Part shown: piece after piece, positions 1 to 12,800 of the stretch
Layout: the number at the start of each line of letters is the position of its first letter
Numbering within the stretch: position 1 is the first letter of the stretch
Assembly (NCBI RefSeq): GCF_018977255.1
Contig: NW_024704743.1
Span: forward strand, 88,848,001 to 88,912,000
Direction: 5' to 3'
Length of the DNA: 64,000 bases
DNA from: Callorhinchus milii
Taxonomy: Eukaryota
Made by a program: the position numbers and the translations under genes
Notes under the pieces: generated by a model
Database searches by the model: none
What the model saw: only the letters and a program-made list of their open reading frames with translations
Told to the model about the DNA's origin: nothing

Positions 1-1370
1 CCAAGGAAGCAGCACACCATTGCACAGATTCAGGGCTGTGAAGGGCAATCGCAGGACTGAGACCAGGAAATATTTTTTTACACAAAGTGTAATTGACGAC
101 TGGAACTAAAAAAGAGTGATTGAGGCCAGAACTCTGCAATCCATTCAAGAAAAGACTTGATACTATAATAGGAGGATAGAAGGGTAGGTATATTGGAAGG
201 ATGAGATCATATTAGTTAAAGGGTATGTTTCATCCAAAGCTCTCTTATAATATTGTGAAATAAATGAGACATCTCAAAGACGTGTTAAGGCGCTATAACC
301 AATGCAAGGAGTATTATGATTACTATTATTACTATAAATAAGCAAAACATTTTAGGCCAATAATTGAGATACTCTACAATGAGCGATGAGTCTGGATTTA
401 TTCAACATTGACCCTGAACCTAAAACGTCCATCACACTGAAAAGTTAAGGATTATACACCTTAAAATGAACTACACATTACCACTGCTTTTGGACACATT
501 TTTGCAATTACATAATAGCCACTCTAGTTCTTTCTGGCTGAACACCCTAAAATACTATAAATAATCTGATGATAAAAATCATGTGTGTGAGTCATTCTAC
601 CAATATGAATCATTGCACCCATTGTAGGTTTTAACATGTGCTTAGAAATAGGAGAAACATTACATGTGTAGGAGGTGAAAAGTGTAGGTGCAAAAAGTGT
701 GAAACTCACTGAGAGTGGGAGTATTGGCAATTATGGATATTTGACAATAGAAATGAAAAGACATATTGAAGATTTTAAACCTTCAAATGATACCATTTTA
801 ATTAAAGTCCGATGACTTGTCAAACATTGCAAAGTTTGCTTTTATTAACTTAGCCTTGGAAATTTGCTTTGAGATAGAGTTAGAGTTCTGTGGTCCACAC
901 ACAATACTTTTTGAAACGTCATTCTAATGGCAGCCCAATTGTTACCTGTTAGGTTTGCTCATTTACTAATTTTACTTTATTAACAAAAATAAATTAATGA
1001 TATGCCATTAATAAATGTTATAAAGTCAGTGATGAAATTTCAAAAGACAAAACCCAGCCAGCTATGTTGAAACCCCAAATAGAGATGATTTAGCTCAGAG
1101 GCAAGATAAATAATGGAACAGTACATGAAAGAGCAAAAAGCATTGCGAGATACATTCACAAAGAAGGGGGGCTTGAAATACAACTGCTTCGCATTTATGA
1201 GGCTAGGGAGGTGTGAGGCAATGAGATCCATGGAAACTCTAACAATTGGATCCACTCCCTTTCCCTCTCTCACATGTATGTAATGTATGGGATGGAAAAG
1301 GAGCAAAAGCTCCTGGTGAGAACAACCAACAAAGAAAGTACTAGTTGAGAACTAAGAAATATAAAGCACA

Positions 1371-2710
1371 ATAAGAACATAAGAACATAAGAATTAGGAG
1401 CAGGAGTAGGCCATTTGGCCCCTCGAGCCTACCCCGCCATTCGATAAGATCATGGCTGATCTTCAGACCTAACTCTAATTACCTGCCCTATCCCCATATC
1501 CCCTAATCCCTCTGTTTTTTAAAAATCTATCAGTCTCAGCCTTGAAGATGTTCTACAGCCTTCTGGGGCAGTGAATTCCATAAATTCACTACCCTCTGAG
1601 TGAAGAAATATTTCCTCAACTCTGTTCTAAAAGGATGACCTTTAATTTTAAGACTGTGACCCCTGGTTATAGATTCTCCTACCAGGGGAAACAGACCCTC
1701 AGTGTCTATTTATCCAGCCCTTTAAGAATCTTATATGTTTCAATAAGATCTCCCCTAATTCTTCTGTACTCTAGAGAATATAGCCCTAGTTTATTCAGCC
1801 TATCCTCATAGGTCAGTCCCCTCATCCCAGGAACTAACCGAGTGAATCTACGCTGCACCCCCTCGAGGGCAAGTATGTCCTTTTTTAAATAAGGAGACCA
1901 AAACTGCACACAATACTCTAGGTGCGGTCTCACCAAGACCCTACACAGTTGCAGCAAGACTTCCCTACTCTTGTACTCCTAAACTTTTGCAATGAACGCT
2001 AACATGCTGTTCGCCTTCTTAGTTGCTTGCTGCACCTGCAAACTAACTTTTTGAGACTGGTATACAAGGACACCCAAATCCCTCTGCACACTAACACTAT
2101 CTAATCTCTCCCCCTCTAGAAAATAATCTGTTTTTCTATTTTTTCTACCTAGGTGAATAACTTCACACTTCCCCACATTAAATTCTATCTGCCACCTACT
2201 CGCCCGCTCCCCTAGCCTATCTATACCCCTTGCAATCTTTTTGCATCATCCTCAGAGCTTAATCTCCCACGTGTCATCCGCGAATTTAGATACGTTACAT
2301 TCAATGTCCTCGTCTAGATCATTGACGTAAATTGTAAATAGCTGAGGCCCAAGCACTGATCCTTGTGGCACTCCATTAGTCACATCCTGCCAATTTGAGA
2401 ATGACCCGTTTATCCCTACTCTCTGTTTTCTACCCGTTAGCCACTCTTCAATCCATGCTAATATGTTCCCATTAATCCCATGGGCCTTACCTTGTGCAAT
2501 AGCCTTTGTATGGCACTTTGTCAAATACCTTTTTAAAATCTAAATATACTACATCTACTGGTTCCCCCCTATCTAACCTGCTAGATACATCTTCAAAAAA
2601 CTCTAAAAGATTAGTTAAGCATGACTTCCCTTTTGTAAAGCCATGTTGCCTTTGCCTAATCTTGTTATGGTCTTCCAGGAATCCCATAATGACATCCTTA
2701 ATTAAGGATT
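1371..2710 (-). mobile_element. CR1-clade LINE, 5'-truncated, frameshifted RT plus 3' end
   Basis: ORF pieces with [33 protein letters not shown] and [13 protein letters not shown]; (TTCTTATG)n 3' tail read on minus at 1371-1393. Confidence 0.93.
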
Positions 2711-3308
2711 CAATATATTATATATTCAATATATACATATATATAATATATATTTGTTACCTTCAGTCTTTTGTTTGCTCTGCATGTTCATATTTCCTGT
2801 CTGAATATTTCCTGTTCATATTTCCTGTTTCCATTTTGTCTCTGACAATGGTTTCACTTCCAGCACCCGCACAGCCTCGTATGGTATTCCTCAGGGCTCT
2901 GTCCTCTGTCCCCTCCTCTTCAATTTGGATTTGGTGAGTCTGAGGGAGAGCCCAGAGAGGTTGAGGAGTTCAGACCTCAGGAGAGAAGAAGTTGATGGAA
3001 GCCAATGAGTATGGCTTCCGTCTTGCCAATATTTAGCTGCAGGAAATTTACGCTCATCCAGTCCCTGATGTCCGTCAAACAAACTGACAGGACATCAGTG
3101 GACTAGGATTCACAGCTGGAGGAAGAGATCAATAATTTAGACAGTAGAAAAAGGGGACATAGGTTTAGAGTTGCAAAGGGCAATTTCAGGACAGATACTA
3201 GGAAATCTTTCATTACTTGATGGTAATCAATGGCTTGAACAAGTTGCCAGGGAAGGTGGCTGAGGTCAGGACACTGGACTCATTTAAAAGGCAGCTTAAT
3301 GCTCTGCC

Positions 3309-4310
3309 ACCCACATCAATGGTCACCCGCTTGACCTGGCGATTACCTGGGGCCTCAGCATCTCGGACCTCACCATCACCAACAAAGTAATTTCGGACCA
3401 TGACTTCATCTCCTTTAACTCCTCAATCCCTCTCCCCACCGCCATCCAAATCACCTCCATTGCCTACCACCCCTTGAAAAAATTCCTCCCCTACCTCTCG
3501 GCTGCCCTGGAGTCATCTGAACTCCTCCCCCTCTGGACTTCCTCCCGCAATGACCTAAGCCATGACCACCATCCCCTCTCTCCTCCCCAACCATCCCCTT
3601 TGCGCTGTCTCCTGTAGCCTGCAGGCAGATGTTGTCCCACTGATCGCTTGCTCCCAGTTTCTACATGCACGTTTTGGCCGCTGCCCTGACTCGAGCCGCT
3701 CCACCTGAAAATGTTCCTGCTCCTACTCCTCACACTCCGCTACTCACACTCTGTCCTTCTCTCCCACTGCCCTCCTCGCCTTCTCTCTCTCCTGGAACCC
3801 ACCATTACCTCCCTCTGCTCTGACCTGGGCATCCTCCACCAGGCTCATTGTGGCTCCTGGCATTGGTTGTCCCAGAGTAGCCATCCCAACTGTCCCATCG
3901 CTCAAATCCCTGCACTAACCGCCTCCGAAAGACACCCATTCCCCCTTCCTCATCCATACTCTCCCCAACTCTCCCTGTTCCACAAACTCCACAGTCCTCA
4001 AATCCCCCATGACCTCAAATCCTCTTTATACCACTCTCTCCTCCATTCTCCCACCCCACCCCGACAAACTAGCAAACATCTTTGCATTTCCTTCAAGAAT
4101 GTCCACTCCCTCTCAAATAAAGCCGTTACTATCCATGACCTCATGCTGGATGAGCACATCAATATCCTTGGGCTTACGGAAACCTGGCTCTCCCCTTTTG
4201 ACCCCGTCCCCCTTGTTGAAGCCTCCCCTCCTGGCTACACTTTTCACCACACCCCCTGCCTCAACCAACGTGGCGGCGGGGTGGCCCTCATTTCCCAAAC
4301 TTCCCATGGT
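3309..4310 (+). mobile_element. L2-like LINE fragments (APE endonuclease region)
   Basis: NVHSLSNK...LGLTETWL...GYTFHHTP...RGGGVALI (4090-4300) and GHPLDL...SDH (3320-3405). Confidence 0.8.
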
Positions 4311-4689
4311 CTTCTTCAAGAGTGTGGCATGATTTGCCATGTAATGAAGTCTACAACTAAATAGTATCATTGCTAGACTCAATATTTTTGGAATGCCAAG
4401 CCTATAATTTGAGTAAAAATACAATTAGTACAGCGTGATTTGTTTGTAGTAGCATGTACACAACTGCTGATCACTGATAAATTAAGTTCAATGCATTTAA
4501 AAGCAAGGTTCTGCATACAAGAAGTAAAAATAAAAGGCATGCGCATACAAGGAACATGATTTGCCTAGGGGAGAGCTGAAAGAGATCTAGGGGTGTTAGT
4601 TAACTCATTGCACGTAAGATCAAAATAGTGTGAGGCAGAAATAAACAATGTAAATAGGATGTTGGGCTATATTGCCAAACCACTATGAA

Positions 4690-4961
4690 TTGCCAGGTCA
4701 ATTTGCGCACTACAATATCCCACAAGCAGCCATGAAGTAAATATCATGTTTTGAGTAGTGCCATTGGATCTTTAATGCCCTCCTGCACAGGCAGACGGGA
4801 CCTCAGTTTAACAGCTTATTGAAAGGATAGCAATGTTAGTAACCCTCCAGTACTCTATTGGAGTGCTAGCCTAGCCTGTGAGTTCAAAGTTCAGACTTGT
4901 GTCTCAAACGCACAACCTTTTGACTCAGTGGCGAGAGCGCTACCAACTGAGCCAAGCTGAC
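4690..4961 (-). mobile_element. Old DeuSINE-type SINE
   Basis: Reverse complement of a tcagcttggctcagttggtagc tRNA-like head and a ttaaactgaggtcccgtctgcctg...taaagatcc core; family assigned from memory. Confidence 0.6.
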
Positions 4962-5799
4962 AAAGAAAATCATAAATCAGCAATAAGGAATTTCCGTGTG
5001 TTATGTTATCTAATATATCCAGGTGGAAAAATTTGCAGTTGAATAACCTACTCATTTACATTACCTTTAGAAGGCTCATTCAAGTAACTAATTTATGCTG
5101 CAATGGAAAAGGGTAAATTGGGTATTCTGGAAAGATGAGATAAAATTGCCAAAGGGCTTTCTTATCTGTGCCTTCTTGTGAACTTGTAATCTGTAACATA
5201 TCCCTTACATTGTTACCGTTAACTTTAAAATCAAATCATATTTTTCATATATGCTGCTAGCATACTGTGTTCATGATTTTGGCGTGTATGTACAGGGTGA
5301 CCAAAAAGTCTTATTTTTCAGCTACCCTATTATCTAAAAAAATTATAATTTCTATAAGACTTATTAGACATTGTAAAGCCATCATGACTTTTTGGTTACC
5401 CTTTACTCATTGTCCCATGGACTCTGCAAATTACACAGCAGGTGTACAAACAGACAGATAATAAACCCTGTGGTTCAGCTCAGATGAAAACAAGAATGCT
5501 GGCAAGTCAAACAAATTGAATGTCAATTAAGTAAAATTAAAGGTCATTATCAACAGTAAATAGATCTGAATTTGATAGGTTCCCTTATCAGATTAAAGCT
5601 CACAGTCCTCTTTGTTATTACTTTCACGAGGAGAATGAGCTTTTATCTGATCAAAAGCCTGACAATTTATGGTGGTGAAAGGCCACAGTCTGTGCTTCCT
5701 GCATATCGTAACACAATCAGATTACCCATTGCACGGAACTTCACAATCCAACTGTTTTGGGAATTTTCCTCATGTTCTGCTGGGATAAGGCATCATCAA

Positions 5800-5995
5800 T
5801 GGTGTCAGTTGGTAGAAATCTTGAGTCAGAACATTGTGGATTCCCCACATCAGGCTCATAATCCAGTCTGACGCTCCGATGCAGTACTGGACATCGCAGT
5901 ACAATGGTTGCATTGTCAGAGGTGCTGTACTTTAGATGAGATGTTAAACTAAAGCCCCGATTGCCTGTTCAGACAGATGTTAAAGATCCCTGGAG
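5800..5995 (+). mobile_element. Old DeuSINE-type SINE
   Basis: gtcagaggtgctgtactttagatgagatgttaaactaaagcccc...gatgttaaagatccc central domain. Confidence 0.6.
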
Positions 5996-6443
5996 ACCTT
6001 TCAAAAATTAATTGCTAATTGATTACTGTGTTCACATAAAAATACAGTTACTATGCTTTCCAAAAATTCCAAGTAAATACTTTTTGACAATATGTGGCAT
6101 GGCATTAAATGGAAATACTATTATTATGTAGCCCTATTAAAATGTAATCCATTTGGCTCGAAAGATCCTACTGTTTTTACAATGAGAGTTCACAGTCACT
6201 TTGTATTGCTGAATAAATGTTTCTGTGATCACAAGATGATGTGCCTTGACAAACTATCCGTGTGATGAGGACATGATGTAGTTTGCTACAGTTGGTAGCA
6301 GTCCTGTCTCTGGATCTGAAGGTTGTGAGTTTGAGTTCTGCACCAGGACTCACGCTCAAAATCTAGACTGAGTTTCAAATCTCCTCAAATCTCAGGAAAA
6401 CTCCCTGTGCCACACATTGGTTTGTATAGGGCTAGTAAGATTA

Positions 6444-6603
6444 GTGGCTGGACAGAAGGTGTAAGAGGGAAAGATTCAGATTCCTGGAATATTGGGACCA
6501 ATTCTGGGAAAGTAATGACCTGTACAGGATGGATAGGTTTCACTAAGCTGGAACAAATGCCTTTGTTGAGAGAATAACATGCAGTGGGGGAGAATTTAAA
6601 CTA
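6444..6603 (+). mobile_element. CR1 ORF1 (SGNH esterase-like) C-terminal relic
   Basis: Translates WLDRRCKRERFRFLEYWDQFWESNDLYRMDRFH, resembling the W..FW...DLY..DGLH end of CR1 ORF1p. Confidence 0.6.
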
Positions 6604-9600
6604 ATATGGTAGTGGTGGCAGGAGGGGAGATGAAGAAACAGAGAGGAAAGGAAGCATTGGCGGAGGTGGGTTCGGGCGTAGGTCAGCCATTCTCCTACCA
6701 TTGTTTTATTTTTATCTTTTTGAACTTCTTAGCTGGAAACTTAGAGCAAATCTCTCAAGTCAGATGTAGCTTCACTCTCTCCGTATTCTTTTAGTGTATC
6801 TCAGATTAAGATAAGGGGAAAATTTCTGGTCTCAGGATTTCAATGCAGCTTCAGTGCTTCTCAGGTCAGGTTCAATCTGTGTTGTAAATTGCATTTTGCA
6901 GATTCCGGTTGCTCTGTATTGTTTTTAAAAGTATGATTTCAGAAGGCAGAAACAGAAGTTAGTGGAAAATTGGAAGCCAATATCTATGTTTTTTAATTTT
7001 GTTAATAGTCTATAACTCCCTACACCATCACTAGTACCAATACATTCTATAAATAACAACAAATTTTATTTTTCTTCTCATCCAAATTTACCAAAATATA
7101 GTTAATACTAAATACCATGAATGAAACAGAACTGTATTCACAATTTTTTAACCTACCCCTTATGAAGACCAGTAGTAGCACCAGGATTTTTTTTACAGCA
7201 GGAAAGTTCAATATCAGAGAGACATTCTTTGGAGTCAAGGCAGAGCCTGGCATTTAACATCAAAGGCTTTATATCTGATGACTCTTCCTCTATTTGAACT
7301 GGCCTAACCTTAAGTTGATCCTGCAATCTCTTTCTAGCTTCCAGGCAAGGCAAGAAGTAGTTTAGAGCAAGACCATTGTGTCTGTCAGTAGGTACTATAT
7401 CTTTACCCAAAGTATAGTGGACTCAGTCCAAGAATCATGCATATCCATCAATTTCAATATCACTATAGTTTTATTGTTTGCCCTAATGGCTTCCCCTTCA
7501 GAGGTAACCATTGTTTTGAATTTGGCCTAACAAAATCAGCTGCATTTCTCTTAGTAGATGTCTATGATTCCTCCAATGGCAAGTTCCTAATTTGTGGAAA
7601 ATGAAAGAAAAGGGAAAATTGGAAGGAAAGACAAAACAAGCCTCCCATGCAAGCCTCCTATGCCTTACTGGCAGATTATCTGAGAACAGGTTAATTGCCT
7701 GCCCGATCACAGAGAAATGCTGCTATACATAAGGGAATTAAAGAGGGGAAAATATAATTTAAAATGGATGTGAAAAATAATATTTTCTAACAATTTTTGA
7801 AGATATGTTCCATCTTTTCTACCATTGGCAAACAAAGTATAAAGCTGTAATCTAGAAATATATTGGCTGTCTGGAATATTTGACTAAAATTTACAATTCA
7901 AGTATGCTATCTTATCAATAACTTAATAAGAGTTACATTCCATTTAAATCTTCATAGTTCAGTTTCAAGCTTTATTTCCAGAAAAACTGTATTCATTGGT
8001 TTAAACTTCCAGTGAATGTGATGTACATTTTAAATTTAACAAATATTCAAATAGATGTTACATAAGAAAAGCATGCATAATGAAAGCATGAAGAGTGGAG
8101 TTCAATTACTTAATATCAGAGAAAATTACCAATACACAGGGTTGTTCACATTTTTAGTAACAAAAAAAACAGGCAAATGAGAGGGAAATGGTTCTGAAGA
8201 AGGCAAGCCATTAGGACCAAGTGTATACAGTACAGAATGAGATAATAGCCATCGTTCCAGATTGGTTAGCAGCTTTGAGCAAGAAAACTGCCTAGTTAAT
8301 TGGATCAAGTAGTCCTTTGCTGCTATTTTAAACAGAGTGTAAATGGTTATGTCACAAATATCTTCTGGTTGTGTATTCAAGAGCTTCTTTTGCTTATTGA
8401 AACTTCCTAATCCTCGAGCATTAATTGACAATATGAGCTTTATGTCATGAAGCTCAGTCACTAAACTGTCCGTGGCTGGATGAGATATGAGAGTCCTGTT
8501 GAGGCTGATATAATTTTGTGAAATGCATGAAAGGCTGCACTTATATTTGAAGAATTTATATCTGACCATGCAATCTGCTTTTTGCAGAGACTTGTGTGAT
8601 AATATTTATGGTGCTTGACCACAAATTGAGCAGCATAATTCAGCATCAAGTAGTTTTCAGATAGTTTGACTAATGGCAGCACAAACAGCTAACTGCTCAG
8701 TCAAGTTTGCTTAGAAAAAATAACTTTCACCTGGTGTTTTCAATGGAGTTTTCCAGAAAATGTCTCAATCTCCACAGTTCAATGACTTTGCCTTGCACTG
8801 ATTTACAAGTACACGAATATGACAGTCAAATGTTAGGAGTTATTTTCCTAAGGTTAAAATGTCTGGTTTCATTCATATATTTACGAAGACTGTGAAGTAC
8901 GAAAACAGGCCATTTGGCCCAAATAGTGATTGCCAGTGTTTATACTCTGCATGAGTCTCCACCCACTCCTAACTCCCTCCAATACTCTTGTATTCCTTTC
9001 TCCCTTGTGTGTATATCTACATGAATGAGAGAATTTGTGGCTGTGTATATATGTAAATCACTATTAACATCATTTCTTTTGTATAGTCTTTTTGGAAGGG
9101 TTCAATGCAAGCATTACTAAATGTAAAAGTAATTTCTTCCCTATGACTCTTCAAAAAAATTCTAAGAATATACTTTTCTCTGTATTAACTAAACTTCTGG
9201 TTAGGTGAGAAATGCTTTGAGATGTCCTCCTATCATGAAAGGCACAGCATAAGTGTAAGTTGTTGCTGTTGAATTTTTCACTGCTTCTTAAACTAATTTT
9301 ACTATGATTTCTTTCTATATTCTGATGTGATCCTCCTTCACAATCTCTGGCCTTCAATGTTATTTATTTTACTTTGTCAAGTTAGGTCAGTGTCAATAAT
9401 ATAATAATAATCCTTGCATTTGATATAGCGCCTTATCACTTCTTCGAGAAGTCTCAAAGCGCTTCACAGAATATATTGTAAAGTATATATTTTGTGAGCG
9501 AAATCTTTCTCTCCCGAGTAGTCACATCTGTCCTTAAATGTATCCTCTTTTTTCCCCTTCTTCTTCGACTATCCCTTCAGTGTATCCTGGATCATGTGCT

Positions 9601-9732
9601 TTGTGTATTCATGCACCACAAAGTGCTTGGAAACAATGCCACTGGTTTTGATTTTCTTAATATTTTTACTAAATACTAAAGATAGAAAACTTCTGTAATT
9701 AACCAGGTAAAACCCCAAGGCTTGCCATTGAT

Positions 9733-9815
9733 AGCCCTAATAAGTAGGATGGTCCTACCTGGATAAGCAGCTTTCTCCTGCTTATCCAGGTAGGACCACC
9801 CTACTAATTAGGGCT
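9733..9815. repeat. Near-perfect palindrome (38-bp arms, 7-nt loop)
   Basis: agccctaataagtaggatggtcctacctggataagcag / ctgcttatccaggtaggaccaccctactaattagggct, 2 mismatches. Confidence 0.95.
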
Positions 9816-12800
9816 TTGGTTTATAGGATTGCAGAAATCTAGTGGGAAGAATCCCTGCTCTCAGTGATCGTTCTGCCCCTTGAAGTACTGCTGCTGAGTT
9901 AGGCTGCCTGGTTTGTCATCAGCCGTGCCCTGGAACCAGACTACTGAGAATGCCACAGAGAGTTGATTTGATCCTGATGTTCTGTTCCCAAGCACATCCA
10001 CATTGAAGCCAGGTCAACTCCAATGAGACTCTGCTTACCTTCCCCCCACCCAATCTCCACCACTAAGCAGGATAGTTCTGTGTTAGCTGGAGTTTTTGGA
10101 AAGTGGAGCTAGGGAGACTGCCAAGTGGCATGTTGCAATGTGCAAGACAAGAGGAAATCAGTAATTAAAATACAATACTAAGAAAGAAAGTAAAGCTTGA
10201 GTTTTTGAGAAATATGACACCCATTGTAAATTTGTTCAGTCTTTTGATTTTATTGAAACTCAGATTTCCAAAGAACATTATTAGCAAATTACTGATAGAA
10301 CTGTTCTGAATGAAATAACACATACTTTTCAATTTGGAATAATTTGCTTGCAATGTTAAAATGGGTATTATAAAATAATAATCCATTTAATATAATTCAC
10401 TCCTTCCTGGGGCAAGATTATAGGTGGCTATACAACCACATGGTAGGACAACATGATTGAACTGTTGGATATTTAATTTATGTATCGTAAATTAGTAAAA
10501 ATTCTATATCTCTGATTTCTTTATTGATTTATCCAACTGAAACAATGATGTAGTTATTGAACCACCAAAGGCATTAAATCTATTCATAATTCACTGCTGA
10601 CTATCTTTTAAGTGTAAGACTTTTGGCAGATTTATAAATACCTGTCTCTGTTGGACAATTGCTTCTGCATTGTAATACTACCTCCCTGACTCAAAAACAC
10701 TGATAAAACTATTCAAACTATAGGTGAGCTGTATTATTATAATATTAACCCTAACTTACTAAGATAAATAAAAACATTTTTTTAAAAATCTGAGAATTTT
10801 TCAAAATGTAATCTTAAAGTTTAAAGTGTCTCTTTGCACCAAATGCAAGTTTAATACAACCATTGTGAAGCCAAAATAATGTAAAGGCCAAGAAATGGGC
10901 TGGTTCCTCAAGCCAAAACCCAAACTTTCACTTTGGTTGCTGTTATACTTCACATTTTGTGTTGCTGGAAAACCAACACCACTTTCCATTGATCCACAGA
11001 ATGCTTTAGCACTGTAACATTGGAACATAACAACAGCTTCGGGCAAGAGTAGATCATTGGTCCATCTAATCAACCTAACCAACCCCAATAAAAACAAAAA
11101 ATCACATATTGAAATAAAATTGGAAAACATAACTAATTGGGATTGCTCAACATGTAATGTTAGAGTTTAAAATGTTCTCTTTGGACCAAATGCAGTTAAA
11201 CTGCAACCAGGCAGGAGTAAATCATTGGTCCATCTAGTCAACACATCCAACTTCCCAGTGGATTCCTTCAGCGTATCTATCTCCTCATCCAATAACCCTG
11301 ACTCTTTTTAAATTTCAGGAACATGTCTAGTTTCTTGTTCCACAATCTGGACTGATAATTTGTTCCATAAATGCATTCCCCTTTTACTTAACAAAAATCC
11401 TGCCTATCATAGTTGCTTTTATTGTCCCCATTTTGAAAGACATTGAAATACAATCATACATAGGTATGGCAGCAGGCCACTTATTCCATTGAGCATGTAC
11501 TGCTGGTTCAAATAGTACAAACAGCATCTATTGTATTATAAACATACATTTACACAATATGAATTCTGAGTTTAGCTGGATTTCACTTCTGAGATCTGTG
11601 ACAAACAATCACAAGGAAATAACTTATACAAAACACTGCTCTTAGTTCATACAGTAAATAACTGAATCTCTTGTGGTTTCTGCTTTGCAAGCCAAAATTA
11701 CATTGTATTCTGTTTTTAAACTGACTGTCCTCAGTTGCTATTAATAGAATGTTCTTTGTTATCTCTTATCCCTCAGAGTTATAAATCTCCTGATGAAACA
11801 TGGCAATGTATTTAACTTGCTACTGCTTGTTATTCTACTTGAAAATATATAAGCATCAATTAAAATGTGGTTCTTTGAAAATCAAATAATAAGGATAATT
11901 AGGGAACGAAGTCCAAATTATTGAGCATGATCTGTTTTTAATTGTCTCATTAAGGCTTGTCACATTAACTGCATGTTATCTGAACATGGTAGTTAAATGT
12001 ATTAGAAATAAGGATCATGCCACCATAACAATATCTGAGAACCAAACAAGCAGTAATATTTATCAGGTATACTGTATAGTTTTGTGCATTGGGCAATCTT
12101 GAAATAAAATCTCTGAAGAATATATGCAAGGAATATTTTCTGCAAGATTGTGGTTGATGTTCATTTTGTTATTTCAATGTGTAAGGTATCCCGTGGCAAC
12201 AAGTGTCTATGATATCATGTTCACTTAAGCTTCCCAGAGTTGAAATGGCCTTTTCTGCCACGTGATTTATCATCTTGTGTAAGAATAGCAGTAAGGGCAA
12301 CATTTTATTATGCAGCAACATTAATAATTATACTCTTTAAACCAATTATTTGTTAAGGACTATTTAAAATTTATTGTATGATCGTGTAATCTTTGTGCTT
12401 AATTTTTTTTAGATTATTTTCTGTTTTTGCTGTGGAAACAACATGCAGATACTCTTTTGAAATCCTGTAAAATGTAAAGGTTATAAGCCCTAAAGTCAAG
12501 AGCACAGAAATGGCATTCAACAAAAAGAACATAAGAAATTGTCTGCATCATTCACCTACAAATACATAGTGGTTGAATGCTTTTTGATGTTTAGATGACA
12601 TGATTGGGCGCTATATGAAAAGGTATCGTTATTAATAATTAGAGAGTAAAAAAAACTGAGAAGAAGCAATTCAAATTGAAATGAATGGCATTTAATTGTA
12701 AGAGACGAGCTTCCTGAGATTGTGATAATAACTACAATCCTGTATATAGTTTTGCATACCTTGATATCAAAACTGACAGCACTGTTGTCGCTATTTAAGG

